Shown piece by piece: positions 25,986 to 39,154 of a stretch of DNA of 64,000 nucleotides. Source of the stretch: Lama glama (lineage: Eukaryota). The translations under genes were made by a program, and so were the position numbers. Numbering within the stretch: position 1 is the stretch's first letter; each line of letters begins with the position of its first letter. The stretch covers positions 40,674,001 through 40,738,000 of the forward strand of contig CM052818.1 of NCBI GenBank assembly GCA_028534125.1, read 5' to 3'. Below the pieces are notes generated by a model. It was not told the DNA's origin and did no database searches. It saw only the letters and a program-made list of their open reading frames with translations.

Positions 25986-26929
25986 ATCTTTGTCATCAAT
26001 GCCCTGCAAATGGCCAGAGCACCATCAAAATGATGAATTTATTAGGGGCCTATTGAATCTGAGACCCTTGTAGAACAGCCAAGGGGAGTTAAGAATAACT
26101 GTTGGCTCCAAGGGTGTGCGGCTCAGGAGAAAGATCTAGGTTGGATGCAGTCATCAGCTAGCGGTAACAGACGGAGTCACGGGGCCAGATGGAATCCCCC
26201 AAAGAGCGTGTGAGGCAGAGAAATCAAGAGAACCGGAATGGAATCTGGTGCTCAGAGGAAGGCAGGGGAAGAGGAAGAGCAGGGGGAGGCTAAGAAGTAC
26301 CTTCCTCGCCAACAGCAAGCAGGAGTCACATGGGAGGACTGAGTTCACTCTGCGCTCTTAGGAAACTGACAGGGTATTAAAGGAGATTGATTATTCTACA
26401 TTTCCTGAAATTTACTTTGAGCAAAACTTTTTCCAGACTGTGCACTCACTCTGGCTTCATTACTAATTCCTCTCTCTTTTTTTTTTTTTTCTTACGTTCT
26501 GTATGGGAAAAGGCTATCCACAGAACAGAAATTGCTTCTGGCCCTTTTCCTTTTAAAAACAATTCAAACACCTCATTAGATCGTAGTTGACTTTAGTCTG
26601 TGTTCCCCAAAACAGCTGGACTTACTCCAATGGGTTTAGCATCTTTATGACACAGGTAGCTCTTAAGCCTATGCTAAACCAATATTCTATGCTGGTTCCC
26701 TTCTAACCCTGGTGGATCTCTCTATAACATTGCTGATAGAGCCCATTAGCTCAGACACTTAAATGCTACAAATTCTTCAACCTCAGAAGGAGGGGTGGCT
26801 GCTACCCTTGAGATTGCTGTCTTCCTGGAAGGCTGCAATAAGAAGAGAAAGGAGAAAAAAGTGTGTATAATTCCTGGGGTTGCCTCCTAGGCACCACGAT
26901 GAAACTTAAGCCTTTTGAGAATTCAAAGA

Positions 26930-27700
26930 TTAATTAAATCAGGTCCCCTCCCACAAGGGAGTGACAATTTAATGAAAGAGAGGGCAAACACAAAATGAGC
27001 TCTACAACAGCGTGGGATGAAATAAATACTAAAACAGAAGTGCAAGAGCATGTGGAAGAAATACACACAAGAGAATGCCTCCCTCCCTGATTCTGACTGA
27101 GTGACAAGACCGTAGAAAGTAAAATGAACTTAAAAAGTGAGGGGAACTCTACCAATAACAGGGCACGAGAAAATGGCAAGATGTAAAAGTACTTACACAA
27201 TGTATATCAAAAAGACCTGTGCTTTGTGTGGTCAGAACGACTGTTCTTAAAGCATAGCTCCCAGACAAGTAGCATCAAAATCATTTGGAAATTTGTCAAA
27301 AATGCAGAATTTCAAGGCCCCATCCCAGACTCACTGAATCGGAAACACTGGGCATGAGGCCCAGAAACATGTTTTTTAACAAGGCTTCTAGGTGATTCTG
27401 AAGTACATTTGGGCTTGAGAACCACTGGGATAGAGGGTAATGCGAATGGAGTGAGATGATGTGAGAAGGGGAATGGAAGGGTGCGCTGGGTCTGGATCTT
27501 GGTGAGCTTAGAACGCAAGCTTTAAGGGGTTGGGATTTTATTCTGTGTGCGATGGGGAGACACTGTAGTATTTTGATCAGGGGAATGGTATGATAAAAAT
27601 TGTGCTTTAGAGGGAAAACTTTGACAGCAGGTAGATGGTGCAGTGACAAAAGGAGTAATTGGGTGTAGGGAGAAAAAATACTTACAAGCCTATAATTGAA
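26930..27700 (-). mobile_element. L2 fragment interrupted by MER5A
   Basis: ggattttattctgtgtgcgatggggagacactgtagtattttgatcaggggaatggtatgataaaaattgtgctttagaggg. Confidence 0.6.
27238..27427 (+). mobile_element. MER5A (hAT-Charlie MITE)
   Basis: aaatgcagaatttcaaggccccatcccagactcactgaatcggaaacactggg...ttttaacaagg...aggtgattctga...tgagaaccactg. Confidence 0.9.
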
Positions 27701-28379
27701 AATCCTTGTGGGAGAGAATTCATACTTCAGCCCAAGGAGGCGAACACAAAGTCATTATCTTTAAGAAAGAATTACTTCTAAAGGAATACATGTTCACAGT
27801 TCGGCTCTACCATAGAAGATCCTGGAATACCATGCTTTTATTTATACTAGAAAGAAAAGAAACTAACATTCTAGAACTTACTCAGTATCAAGCATGACTT
27901 GAAGTGTCTTGTATGTTTTATTTCATACAATGTACACATCAAACTCGATCTGAAACCATTAGAAACTGCCCGACATCACAAAGACAGGAAATGACAGAGG
28001 GAGACCTCAAGGATCTAAGAAGTGAGTGAGACGTAAAAGCAACAAACTCAGGATTTGTTTTTTCTTACACCATAAAACTGACATTAAGCCTGGCTTTAGT
28101 CTGTGCTCGTTTGAATGTAGCCCATCCCTATGGTGGTACAGAGACATGGAGAAATAGATCCAGTCCTTATGTATAATTTTCTCAGACCCCTTCCACTCAT
28201 CTTCCACCCAACTTCACACGCCCTCATGAAAAATAATTATGAACGCTCTCTACTCATTAAGCAAGCTAAGTAAGCAGTTTCTTCAGCCTGTTCTCATCTT
28301 GAACTTTAACATACTGAATTCCCACATTGACATTGCTGACAGTTCTTTTAATTTTTCAGTCAACTGGTGGTATCTTAAT

Positions 28380-28530
28380 GACAGAGATGGATGGAAACTC
28401 AGGGATCATGTGGTCCAATCTCATCCCCCCATTTTACATATATAGAAACTAGAGTACAGGGAGGACAAGAAATTACCCAGGGCATTCACAGAACTAAAAC
28501 CAGATTTCCTTGTTCAAAGTTCTTCCTATG
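28380..28530 (-). mobile_element. MIR SINE
   Basis: tcccccattttacatatatagaaactagag...ttacccagggcattcacag. Confidence 0.6.
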
Positions 28531-29639
28531 TCACCATAATCTGTTTTGTGAAATCTTCCTGCATCATTTCTCAGCTTCCAAAACAGTGACTGACACAGAG
28601 TAGATATCTAATAAATATTTTCTGATTGAATGAATGAAGCCCTCATCAATCAATTCCCCTCAGTATTCTCCAGCCAACTACCTCAACCATCCTCAACTTT
28701 CCTCTTTCCGTTGCCTTCAAAGCTTAATGGTCCCTCCTCCTTGTAGCTCACAAAGAGACAATTATATTATTTGCTCTTTAACTGATGTTACACTGAAAAG
28801 GACACCATTTCATTCTTCAAATTAAAAAATAACTCATGCACTTACTTCTATATTAAAAATCTATCTCAGCTCTTAATAATCATGGGGAACGTGCAAGGAT
28901 TTCTATTTTTTTTAAAGGAAAGCAATTTTATTATTTACAAGTGCCTATAGCAAAATGTGACATGCTTTTATAAATAAGAGCTCTAGCATTAGGAGTGTAC
29001 CTTGAGAAATACTACATTTATCAACTTTATTACTTGTGGATGATGTTTGTAAAGGGCCTAAAAACTAAGTTTCCTTTAGGGAGATTCCACATCTTTGTTG
29101 GCAGCAACTTGAACACTTGTTTACACAACTACATTATTTGACCTATCAACACTTACTACATTAACCCATTTACTGGAATGTTCAGAAAAATATTCTCATT
29201 TATCCTGTTTCCTAGGGAAACCAAAGTAAGTCTTTCTCCTGAAAGTGGGTTTGGATATTTCAGAGTGATTAGAATCTAATAAACAGTGAGATTTTCCTTC
29301 TGTGATTCAGGACTTTGTGGGGCCTCCACATCCTCATTCTGTATATCCTTTGGCTTCTTCCTTCTTTGTTCCCTTATTTCATTCAGTCAAGCAGTAGTTC
29401 TGAGCAGTTACTATTTGCCAGACCCAGGGCTACAGACGTGCAGAGCCAGCTGAGCTTCCTCCATCCTTTCCAGCCACACACACACCGATTCAGTTCCAGA
29501 CGGAGGGACTGTTGACCTAGAACATGGGGGAAGCCACTGCCCTGACTGCATCCCCAAATGAAACCAATTGGAAGGCAGAATGCTGGGATGCCCACTAGTT
29601 GAAGCACAGTGAGTGTGTTTAGGTCAGAAGTCTAGATCA

Positions 29640-29990
29640 GCTCAGCACGCATTCCTGAGGACCTACTATGGCCAGATCCCAGGCTACATCCTGGAGACTA
29701 GACTTTTCCTCAAGGGCTTAGTGAGGGGTACAGTTGAGAAGTAGATGAACCTTTGAGATTAATACACAGAGAGGCTCTGAGGTCCCAGAGGAGAGGCACC
29801 TAATCTAGACTGGAGAAGTCTGGAGTCTGGAGTCTTCTAGTGTGGGAGGTCAGAGATGTCTTCCTAGAGGAAGTGACAGGGATGAGCAGGAGTCAGCTAG
29901 GTGAAAAGAGAGACATTTAGACAGCGCGAACTGTATGAGCAAAGACCCAAAGTCAATCAAGGTAATTCCACTTGCCCTTGGAAAGTGATG
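29640..29990 (-). mobile_element. L2 fragment
   Basis: gcattcctgaggacctactatggccag...cagaggagaggcacctaatctagactgg...cttcctagaggaagtgac. Confidence 0.65.
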
Positions 29991-30191
29991 ATAACAGGTG
30001 CCATTGTAGTAAGAGGCCATCACAGGTGTCACCAGCCGGAGAGACTTTGTTGCCATCATAGACTTGTTCTGTGACCGCAGGAGGTGGGAGAAAGGAACCC
30101 TCTCCAAGGGCGCCAACGGTACTCAGGCCATTTTTTACCTCTTGAATTGCACACAGTTTCTACCACAGCAGGGGCTCATTTCTTATTTTAT

Positions 30192-30556
30192 GGAGACTTT
30201 CTCAATGCGTTGTCTGAGCCCCACATGGGATACTTTGTTTTAAAAAAAAGTCAGTTTCCACTGACCATTGTGTATACTGGCTGAATCAAAACCTCCAGGC
30301 TGGGTGCAAGGATATGAATTTGTCAACAAGCATCCAGATGAGCGTTCATACACAAGAGCTTGGGAATCACTTTCAGCAAGGTCAGAGCGTGGATCCTCAA
30401 TCTTAGGTGAAGGTTAAAATCACCTGGGGAGCTATTAAAACAAAACAATGCCCAGGTGCCACCCCCAGATTTTCTGACTTACATGGCCTTGGGTTGGGGA
30501 AGCCACTAGCATTTTTCAAAGCTCCACAGATGATTCTAAATGTTTGGCTAGAGTCA
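30192..30556. mobile_element. Two adjacent MER5-family (hAT-Charlie) elements, ~30192-30371 and ~30383-30556
   Basis: ctgaatcaaaacctccagg...aacaagcatccagatga; aatcacctggggagctattaaaa...atgcccaggtgccacccccagattttctgactta...aaagctccacagatgattctaa. Confidence 0.75.
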
Positions 30557-30559
30557 CTC

Positions 30560-33500
30560 AGATGAACATCTTGAGAGTGAAAATAGAGACACAACATATC
30601 AAAATTTGGGTACTTTACATAATCCAAAGTCACACAGATTTTCCCCAAGAAGTATTGTAATTTTAGGCTTATCGTCCATTTAAAGTTAATTTTTACTAAA
30701 AGCAGTGCTTTCAGGGAAATTTATGGCATTAAAAGCATGTGTTAGAAAAGGACAAAGGTTTCAAATCAGTGATCTAAGATTTTACCTAAAGAAACTAGAA
30801 AATAAAGCAAAACAAAATCCAAGCAAGCAGAAGAAAGGAAATAAAAGCAGAAATTAGTGACATTGAGAACAGATGAATAGGTAAAAACAATGAAACCCAA
30901 TAACATTGATGGACTTCTAGCCAGACAGAGAGAAAAAGAAGGCAAAAATTCACTTAGAAATGAAAGAGGAAACATTATTACAGACTTTATAAACATTAGT
31001 GATAAACGTAACAAGAGAATAATGCTACAAATAACTCTAAGCCTACAATTTCAACAGTTTTTTAATGTGGACAAATTCCCTGAAAGATACAAATTAACAA
31101 AGCTCAATCAAAAAGAAAAAAGAGAGCAAGAAAACCTAATTAATACTATATTTCTTAAAGAAATTGAATTAATGATTTATTTTTTAAAAAGGAAAGGAAA
31201 AAACCTCCTGGCTCAGGTGGCTTCACTTGTGAATTCTAAATATTTAGGAAGAAATAATACCTATTATGCACAAACTCTTCTAGGATTATTAAAGGGAACA
31301 ATATCCAACACATTTTATTAGCCAAGCACTAACCTGATAAACAAAACCAGACAAAGATATTACAAGAAAATGAGACTATAGACAAATATCCCTCATGAAC
31401 ATAAAGATCGTCAACAAATTTCCAGCAAACCTAATCTAAAAATACATAAAAATGATAATATATTATAATCAACTAGAACTTATACCAGGTATCCATCCTG
31501 CCTGAGCTTTCAAAAATCAGTCCGACTACAGAGGAAAAAGCATATCACCATCTCGATAGATGCAGAAAAACCTTTGACTAAATTCCACATCCATTCGTGA
31601 TACAAATTCTCAGGAAAGCAGGAATCGAACAGAAGCTCTTCAATCTGATAAAGCCATCCACAAAAACTTTACAAATAACAGCACAGAACACGGAAAAGCT
31701 TAATCCTTTCCCCTTAAGACTAGGAACAAGCCAAGGATATATGCATTCGTTAATCCTATTAATCACCACACTTGAGGTCCTAATTCATGCAATAAGGCAA
31801 GAAAAGATAAACAAATTTGGAAAAGAAGGAACAAAACTGTTTCTAATCGTAAACAACATGATTATCTCTATAGAAAATCCCAACAAATCCAAAAAGAAAC
31901 TGCTACAACTAGTCAGGTCACAGGTTATAAAGGCAAAATACAAAATCAGTTGTATTTCTGTATACCAGCAATGAACAATTAGAAATTGGTTTAAAAAGTA
32001 CCATATTTATTAGCACCAAAATCATGAAATTTTTAGTTATAAAGCTAACAATATATGTTCAAGATCCATATGCTGAAAACTTCAAAACATAGACAAAACC
32101 AAGGGCATCTAATTAAATGGAGCAATAGACCACACATGTAGATTGTCAATAATAAAATGCCAGTCTCAGGATGTCAATCTCCCAGAATTGATCTATATAT
32201 TCAATGCAATTCCGATCAAAATCCAACAGAAATTTTTATAGACATCAACCTTCTGACTGTAAACTGTATGTAGAAAAGAAAGGGAAACAAAATAATCAAA
32301 CATTATTGTTTTTAAAGGTGTTGACGTTCTCACATTACCTGACTTCCAGACTTATTATAAAGCCACAGTAATCAAGACAGTGAGGTATTTGGCATAAATA
32401 TAGACATATAGGTAAATGAAACAAAATACATGGTCCAGCATGAAGTCAATATATATGATCAATTGATTTTCAACAAAGGTATAAGGCTATTCAATGAAAA
32501 AAGAACTGTCTTTTCATCAAGTGCCACTTGGAACAACTGGCTATGGGCATGCAAAAAAAAAAAAAAACCAAGATACCCACTATTCCTACCTCACAACATA
32601 TACAAAATAAATAAATAAATAAACTTTAAATGGACCATAAGCCTAAAATTACAAAACTTCTAGGGGAAAATACTTGTGACTTTGGATTATGCAGAGTTAT
32701 GGGGTACATGCTGGTTCTAAAACTGGCCTTTGCACACAGAGGGCAAGGAGAGACTGGGGAAAGAGGCAGACCACCCCAGATTGATATAGGTGGTGGGTTT
32801 AGTAAGCATGGGTGCCTAGATACTAAGCTTGTCTTTGGCAGCTGCAAGACGGGTAGATTCCTGCACCCACCCACCAGAATCTTAAAAGCTTATAGAGATG
32901 ACTTAAGAAGGTTCAGTCACATATACCATTCAGATGGTGTCAACAACACATTACTCTCTCAAGGCTGCATCCTTAAAACAGCTCCTAGTGTAGGAATGGT
33001 GGGTGCAATGTACTATTTTGGGTCAATCAGCAGTCACGTTCTCTCAATGACTTCCTTCAACAATACACCATCAAAATAACAATGCATAAAAGAAAAATTG
33101 ATGACTTGGACTTCACAAAAATTAAGAATTTATGTTCTTCCAAAGACACTTTTGATAGAATGAAAAAACAAGTCACACCAAGATTGAGAAAAAAAACTTG
33201 CAAGTTACATTTCTGATAAAAAGACATTTCATCCAAAACATATTTAAAGACTATCCAATCTGAAAAATTAAAAAATGAGAAGCCCAATAAAACAACTAGG
33301 GATTGATGAAGTGTGATCCATCTATACGATGAAATACTACTCAGCAATGAAAATTAACTAGTTACACACAGAAAAACATGCATGAATCTTGAATGCATTC
33401 TGCTGAATATAAAATGTTAAGACCCAAAAGCCTGCATACCTATAATTCTATTTATATGACATTCTTGAAAAAACAGAACTATAGGAACAGAAAACAGATC

Positions 33501-33690
33501 AGTGGTTACTAGGATCTGGGGGTTTGGCTGATTGACTACAAAGAGGCACAGGAAAGTTTGGAGAATAATGAAATTGTTCTATATCTTTTTGTGGTGGCAG
33601 TTAAACTAATGTATACGTTCATCAAATTCACTATGTATTTTTTAAAAAGTAGATTGTACTGTGTATATATTATACCCTGATTTTTTTAAT
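30560..33690 (+). mobile_element. Old degenerate L1 (L1MC/MD-like) ORF2 and 3' UTR
   Basis: Frameshifted RT-like peptides (LRNERGNIITD, DKFPERYKLTKL, FPLRLGTSQG, LEVLIHAIRQEK, IYDQLIFNKG); 3' UTR gaaaacagatcagtggttactagg. Confidence 0.9.
32700..33062 (-). mobile_element. Solo ERV-type LTR inserted in the L1
   Basis: GC-richer ~360-bp block interrupting colinear L1 ORF2. On minus it starts TGTTGAAGG, ends ...CCCCA, and carries a ctctataa TATA-like and an actaaa poly(A)-like motif in LTR order. No clear TSD; family not identified. Confidence 0.7.
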
Positions 33691-34411
33691 GGAATGAAAA
33701 CTATAAACCAACTATGTATTACCACAGGGAAATGCTTGTGTTACAAAGAAGGTGAAAGAAGAGACCGTATGGTTTGTTCTCAACTACTGAAAAGCACTCA
33801 GGCACGGATGAAGGGATGAAAGCCTTAGTTTGAACAATTATCTTTGTGTGCAGGAACACAGGTAATTTTAAATTTCCTCTAATTCACCTTTTATGGTATA
33901 ACTTTATAATGATAGAAGCAAACTTATTTAAAGGAAAACTGTAAAGTCATACATAAATGTGAGGACCTTTCTAAATGGCATGTATGTGTCCTGTAGCTCC
34001 TGGTGTCTGATCCATCTGTGTGCCCCATGGCTTCTGCGTGGCATACAGCATAAAGCAGGTATGTATAAAAGCAGTGAACACAGACAGCCTCACCCAGGGA
34101 TACCCATCATTTGAACATATCTTCAATGGGATTAAAGTAATGCTCTTCCCTTTTTATTCTATTCCTGACCTTCAGTGATCATCCCTCTGCTGACTGGACG
34201 CACACTAGTCTTCATTTTAACTGCTGATGGAGTCCGGCTGTCTCATGGTTGTGACCAGAAGCCCGGAGCAGCAGATGGAAAAGTGTGGTGTCTTCTTTTA
34301 CAGCTCATTAAATCATGGAAAGCTGGCCCAGACTTCCTATCCTACCAGCAGATGTTACTCGAGCATGAATTTGCATTTCTCCCTCTGAGATTAGTATTTA
34401 ATAGTATATTT

Positions 34412-34542
34412 GGGGGGGAGGAAGTAATTCGGTTTATTTATTTACTTATTTTAATTATTTTTTAATGGAGGTACTGGGGATTGAACCCAGGACTTGTGCA
34501 TGCTAAGCATGCGCTCTACCACTGATCTATATCCTCCCCCTC
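34412..34542 (-). mobile_element. tRNA-derived SINE, camelid Vic-1-like
   Basis: Minus: ggggaggatatagatcagtggtagagcgcatgcttagcatgcacaagtcctgggttcaatccccagtacctcca, then an A-rich tail ending aaataaaccgaattacttcctcccc. Pol III A and B boxes present. TSD ttaatagtatattt (34398-34411) / ttactagtatattt (34543-34556). Confidence 0.9.
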
Positions 34543-34857
34543 TTACTAGTATATTTTAATATCTGACCTTGACATGATCCACACATATCTGTTAAATGGA
34601 ACTGAAAGAGAACTCATTTATTCTTATCACCACCAGCCAGGTTCACGTTGTAAACTTCTAGATAAGTCTATGTATTTCCCCTGGTGCAACACCCACCTGG
34701 GGCATTCTTGCTCGGCTCCATTTCTTTGTTACTCACCCCCAGCAAATATGAATTGGGCATCTGCTGTTGGAAGAATTGGTACTTGGTCCTAAAGAAGCTA
34801 TAGGATGAGCCAAAGAGGTGCTGGCCATAGGGAACTCCCAGTCTAGTAGGTATATAG

Positions 34858-34882
34858 ACACACACACACACACACACACACA
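34858..34882. repeat. (CA)n microsatellite
   Basis: About 12 CA units. Confidence 0.95.
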
Positions 34883-36149
34883 ATCAGCATCAAAATCTGA
34901 CATACAGATGGTAGCAATGGATGAACAAGTACAAGAGAACTAAAGGGTATCGATCGCAGCTGGACACTCAGAGGAAGAAACCAAGTAAATGAGGTAGGTT
35001 AAGGCAGAGGAGCATGGATTTAAAAGAGACTTTATGCCAAGCTAACAAGTTCTGCATTATCTTTTGACTTCAGAAAGGCGCTGAAGTTCTTCTTCAGGCT
35101 CATGAGCAAAGCTGTAATTTTGTAACATGATTCCAGCAGCCTGGACTAAATGGATTGGGTGAACAGCAGAAACGAAAATTTCAATAGAACGATTAGGGGA
35201 TGAAGTTGCAGAAATGTCTCAGAAAGTAAAATCATACATAAAATAATACATGAAGTCCTGCTGTGCAATAGTAAAAGTGAGAAAAAATGCTGCCATTTGC
35301 TGGGAATTGCACAGACGCCATGACAACTAGAGGTGAGGGAAAAAATGCAAAAAATGCGTAGGACATAGGCCTGCTGGGTATCTGGAGGCTGATTATAAAG
35401 GAATTTAAATGTCATAAATAGGCATTTGAAGTATTCAGTGTGTTAACAGGGAGCCATTAGAGGCTTTAGAGCTGGGATGGGCATAACTAGCACTAAACTT
35501 GAGGAAGGTTCACTTCTGAGCAGATGCAACATGACTGTGAACTTCCCACAGTCTGGTAGGTACTGGCATAGCCCTGGGGAGGGTGCTTCCCCATCTGTAT
35601 TTTCAGTCTAGCCTGAAGACTTTCTGCTTTCTGTAGCTGCCCATAAATTATGCCTAACTGGTGGAGGCAGCCCTCATCCCACATGCACACAGTCTGGCTC
35701 TGTGTGGGAGGGTGGGGGATTTTTTTTAAGAATCATCAGGCTGATCAGATCTCAGGGGCCCAAGAAAGACCAAACCGGATCCACTCTTTCTCTCCCTAGT
35801 GCTGAGTCTGCCTGATACAGACGCCTGTGTTTAAGGAATGCAAGTTTTTTACCAGCAAGTAACCCAAATAAATACCGCTTGAGGAGTATAAAATGGGACT
35901 CAGGCAGTCTTTACCCCCTGTAGTCTTTGGGGAGTTGCTTATGAATGCAATGTCTCTAAATCACAGCAGACATTCCGTTATCAGCAAAGTTTCTGAGTAC
36001 CTATTCTGGGATGTGTTTCTTCCAATGCAGGATTTGAAGATATGTAAGAAAATGTGTGTTGAATCCATCTGGAAGAAAAGAATCCCCTCCCAATTTATGT
36101 TTCCTAAATTTGAGTTTTTACATGTGAGGTTTTTTTTTAAGTGACAAAA

Positions 36150-36535
36150 GATGTGTAAGATCTCTACACTGTTAAGTACAAAACATTGCTGAAGGAAAAA
36201 TGACCTAAATAAGTGGAGACATATATCATGTTCCTGGGTCAGAAGACTCAGTATTGTTAGGATGTTAATTCTTCACAGATTGATCTATAGATTAAATACA
36301 ATCCTAATCAAAATATCAAAGAAGTCTTTGTTGAAATTGACAAGATGATTCTAATTGTATAGACTAGTATAAAGATTATATTACATTGAAAAGAGGAACA
36401 AAATTGTGGCTCTTACACTACCTGGTTTCAAGACTAATTATAAGGCTACTTTTAATAAGATCATGTGATATTGACATAAATATAGACATAAAGATCAACA
36501 GAACAGAATGGAGGGAACAAAACCAGAGCCACACA
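36150..36535 (+). mobile_element. Old L1 ORF2 fragment
   Basis: gacctaaataagtggagacata...agaagactcagtattgttaggatg...ttgatctatagatt...gaaattgacaagatgattcta. Confidence 0.8.
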
Positions 36536-36539
36536 TAAT

Positions 36540-37230
36540 AGAGACAAAATTAAATAAGATACAGTTTCTGCCTCCAAGAAGTTCAGAATCTACATGGAGA
36601 TTCTGAGCACATTAAATATTACAATTCAGTGTAATAAATGCTACCAGAACCCAGATACAGGGTGTCTAACCCACTTGAGGGTATCTTGAAAGTTTTTCTA
36701 AAGAAGATGAAGTCTGTGCTAAATCCTGAAAGACTGAAGAGCTTGCAAAATGAAGAAGTAAGAGAGTGGCATTTTGGGCAGGGATATACAGGAAGGAGCA
36801 GAGGCACAAATGGGCACAAGACAGTCTGGTACCTACGTGTTATTCCCCACCTGCTGGGAGTGTAGAGGGAGCAGAGTCAGTAGAGGAAAACCAGTAGCCA
36901 CATCGCGAAAAGGCTTATGCACTAAGACAAGGGGAATGGAAGTTTATTCCATAGATAATCAAAAGCCACTGAAAACTTTTACATGTCTGTGCTATGGTTA
37001 TATTCGTGTTTTGATGTGTAGCTTTTCACTGGCTTACTTTTACTGGCAAGACCGGCTAGGATACTATTGAAAAATCCTAGGAAAGACATGTTGGAAACTT
37101 AACCTAAGGCAGAGTCAATCCAGCAGAGAGGATGAAGCAGATTGTAGAGATCGTCATCGTCATTCGTGATGATTTGATAACTGATTAGATATGAGGCTGA
37201 GAAGCATTGTGGGAGAAGGAGGGAATGTTT
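36540..37230 (-). mobile_element. L2 fragment (degenerate)
   Basis: aataagatacagtttctgcctccaagaagttcagaatcta...ttattccatagataatcaaaagccactgaa...gataactgattagatatg. Confidence 0.6.
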
Positions 37231-38059
37231 CTCCCCTCTGCTTTTCTCAGGTGTAACTTCAAGTCTCTAACTTTACTTATAAGTAAAAACCAAAGCCTTC
37301 TTTCAATAGGTGATCGTACTCAAGACCAGAAACTGGTAGGAAACATTAAGGCGGGGCATCATGCCATACAAATCCGATCGCAACATTCCACATCACGTCC
37401 GTAGCTGTTTTGATAGCTGTTTTGTCTGCCAGGGATCCTTAGGCTTTTCCCACCAAATGCCTAGCGCAGCGTTTACCCACTTAAGGTATAGAATGTGTGA
37501 TTCTAGAATTGTGCTTGGCCTCAGTGGGGTTAAAATGAAAGCGCTCTTGGCCAGTGAGGAGACACTGGTATACCCCAGTCCAAGCTTCCAGTTTTCCCTT
37601 TCCAAGTAAAGCTGTGAGGCCCTTGCTGGTCTGCAAATGATTTATCTGCCTCGAATCCTGCCAAACTTTGGCTCAGCTCAATCCAGACACTGGACTATAA
37701 ATGGCTGAAGAAATAACAGGAAAGGAGCAGAGTTGAAAGGCCACAGGGCAACTGTTTTTCTTTAGCTCTGTCTGAACTGAATAACCAGTCAACTGGGGGT
37801 CAGCACAGCCGTCAACCCCACCTTCTATTACTCAGTGAAACAATTCATGTGACCTAAGGTCAGAGCAGTCACTGGGTCTGGCAAAGTTCTCAAGAGCCTA
37901 AAGCCCCACCGTATATATTTCCTAGACCCACCAATAATGCTGTTTATGCCTTGTTAAGCCACAAAGAACATTCCACTGTGCAAAGTCAGCATATTGCAAG
38001 TTTTTTTTTTTAGGAAGAAAAAAAGGAAAATAAAAGCCTAGTGACCTCTCATTTGTCTG

Positions 38060-38445
38060 ATTCCATTCTGACAGAGATCTTTATTACTTACCAATGCCTA
38101 CGTGCTCTCCCAAATTTCCAAAGTCCTTGCAGTTGGAGAAGACCATGTACCTAGTTTCAGCCAATTGGCATTGAGCAGAAGTGATGTGTGTTATTTTCAA
38201 GCTAAAGCATTTAAGGAATAGCGCACAGCTCTCCAGCTCACTCCTCTGCCAGCTGACCTAGAAGCCGTGTTTCCCACACGGTACAGCTGCATGATGCGAG
38301 AAATGAGATCTTTAAGTCACTGTTTAAAAGGAAACTGTCCCAGATAGCTGCCAGACTCATGAGTGAGAAATGAACCTTTATGTATCAAGCCACAGAGATC
38401 TGGGGGCTTGTTTATTACTGGGCTAAAACCTAGATTGGTCTAAAA
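38060..38445 (+). mobile_element. MaLR LTR (MLT1I/J-like)
   Basis: agccaattggcattgagcagaagtgatgtgtg...atgagtgagaaatgaacctttatgtatcaagccacagagatctgggggcttgtttattac. Confidence 0.75.
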
Positions 38446-39154
38446 GATAATCAGCAAGAAATCAAGGCATGGACTTAGACCTTGAGTTGTCACAAATTGG
38501 CTTCAATTGCTGAATCAAGGTAGAGTGAAACTCCAGCAAGAATCCAAGCCCAGTCAGAGCAGGACTCAACCCAGCTGGCCTGAGTCCAGAGCCTCTGGAC
38601 ACCCTACTTCACTGCCACCTTGGGGCTTGGCTACTCCCACATCTTCAGACAAGTATGAGCTGGGGATGGGGCTGAGCAGTCTGTAGGACAGGTAGCCTGG
38701 TGGAATTAGACCAGATGGAGAAACCCACATCACCTCAAGTTGCAAATGAAGCTAAGCATTGTGTCCCTTCCCAGAGTTGCACAGCCAGCACTCTGTGTGC
38801 CAGGCACTGTCCAATGGGGGATGGAACAATGGCTAAGATAGATTCCTCCCTGTTTTGTGTTGAGCTTACATTCCAGACCCAGCAAGGCAGAAACTGCACT
38901 GCACTGAAAGCTGTAGTCACAGCTTTATCCTAACTGTCGCCTTAGACAAGACCCCTCCCTTATCTGTGTTTCATTTCTTTGACTTTAAAATGAATTATTT
39001 GAGCTTCATAATGTCTAAAACACTTTATAAATTAGACTATTTCTGAAAGGACTATTTGAGGGTGTAAGAAGAAATTGCAAGCCTCCTGGACCAAGAGGGT
39101 CTGCTCTAAAAAGAGTATGTAGAAAAGTCTGAATACGTATACCAGAAAGCTTCC

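Noticed and set aside
30890..33079. 125-149-aa ORFs with reverse-transcriptase-like peptides
   Set aside because: Frameshifted remnants of a dead L1 ORF2 and read-through into the LTR; not a functional RT system.
34470..34540. tRNA-like sequence
   Set aside because: SINE head with A-rich tail and TSD, not a tRNA gene.
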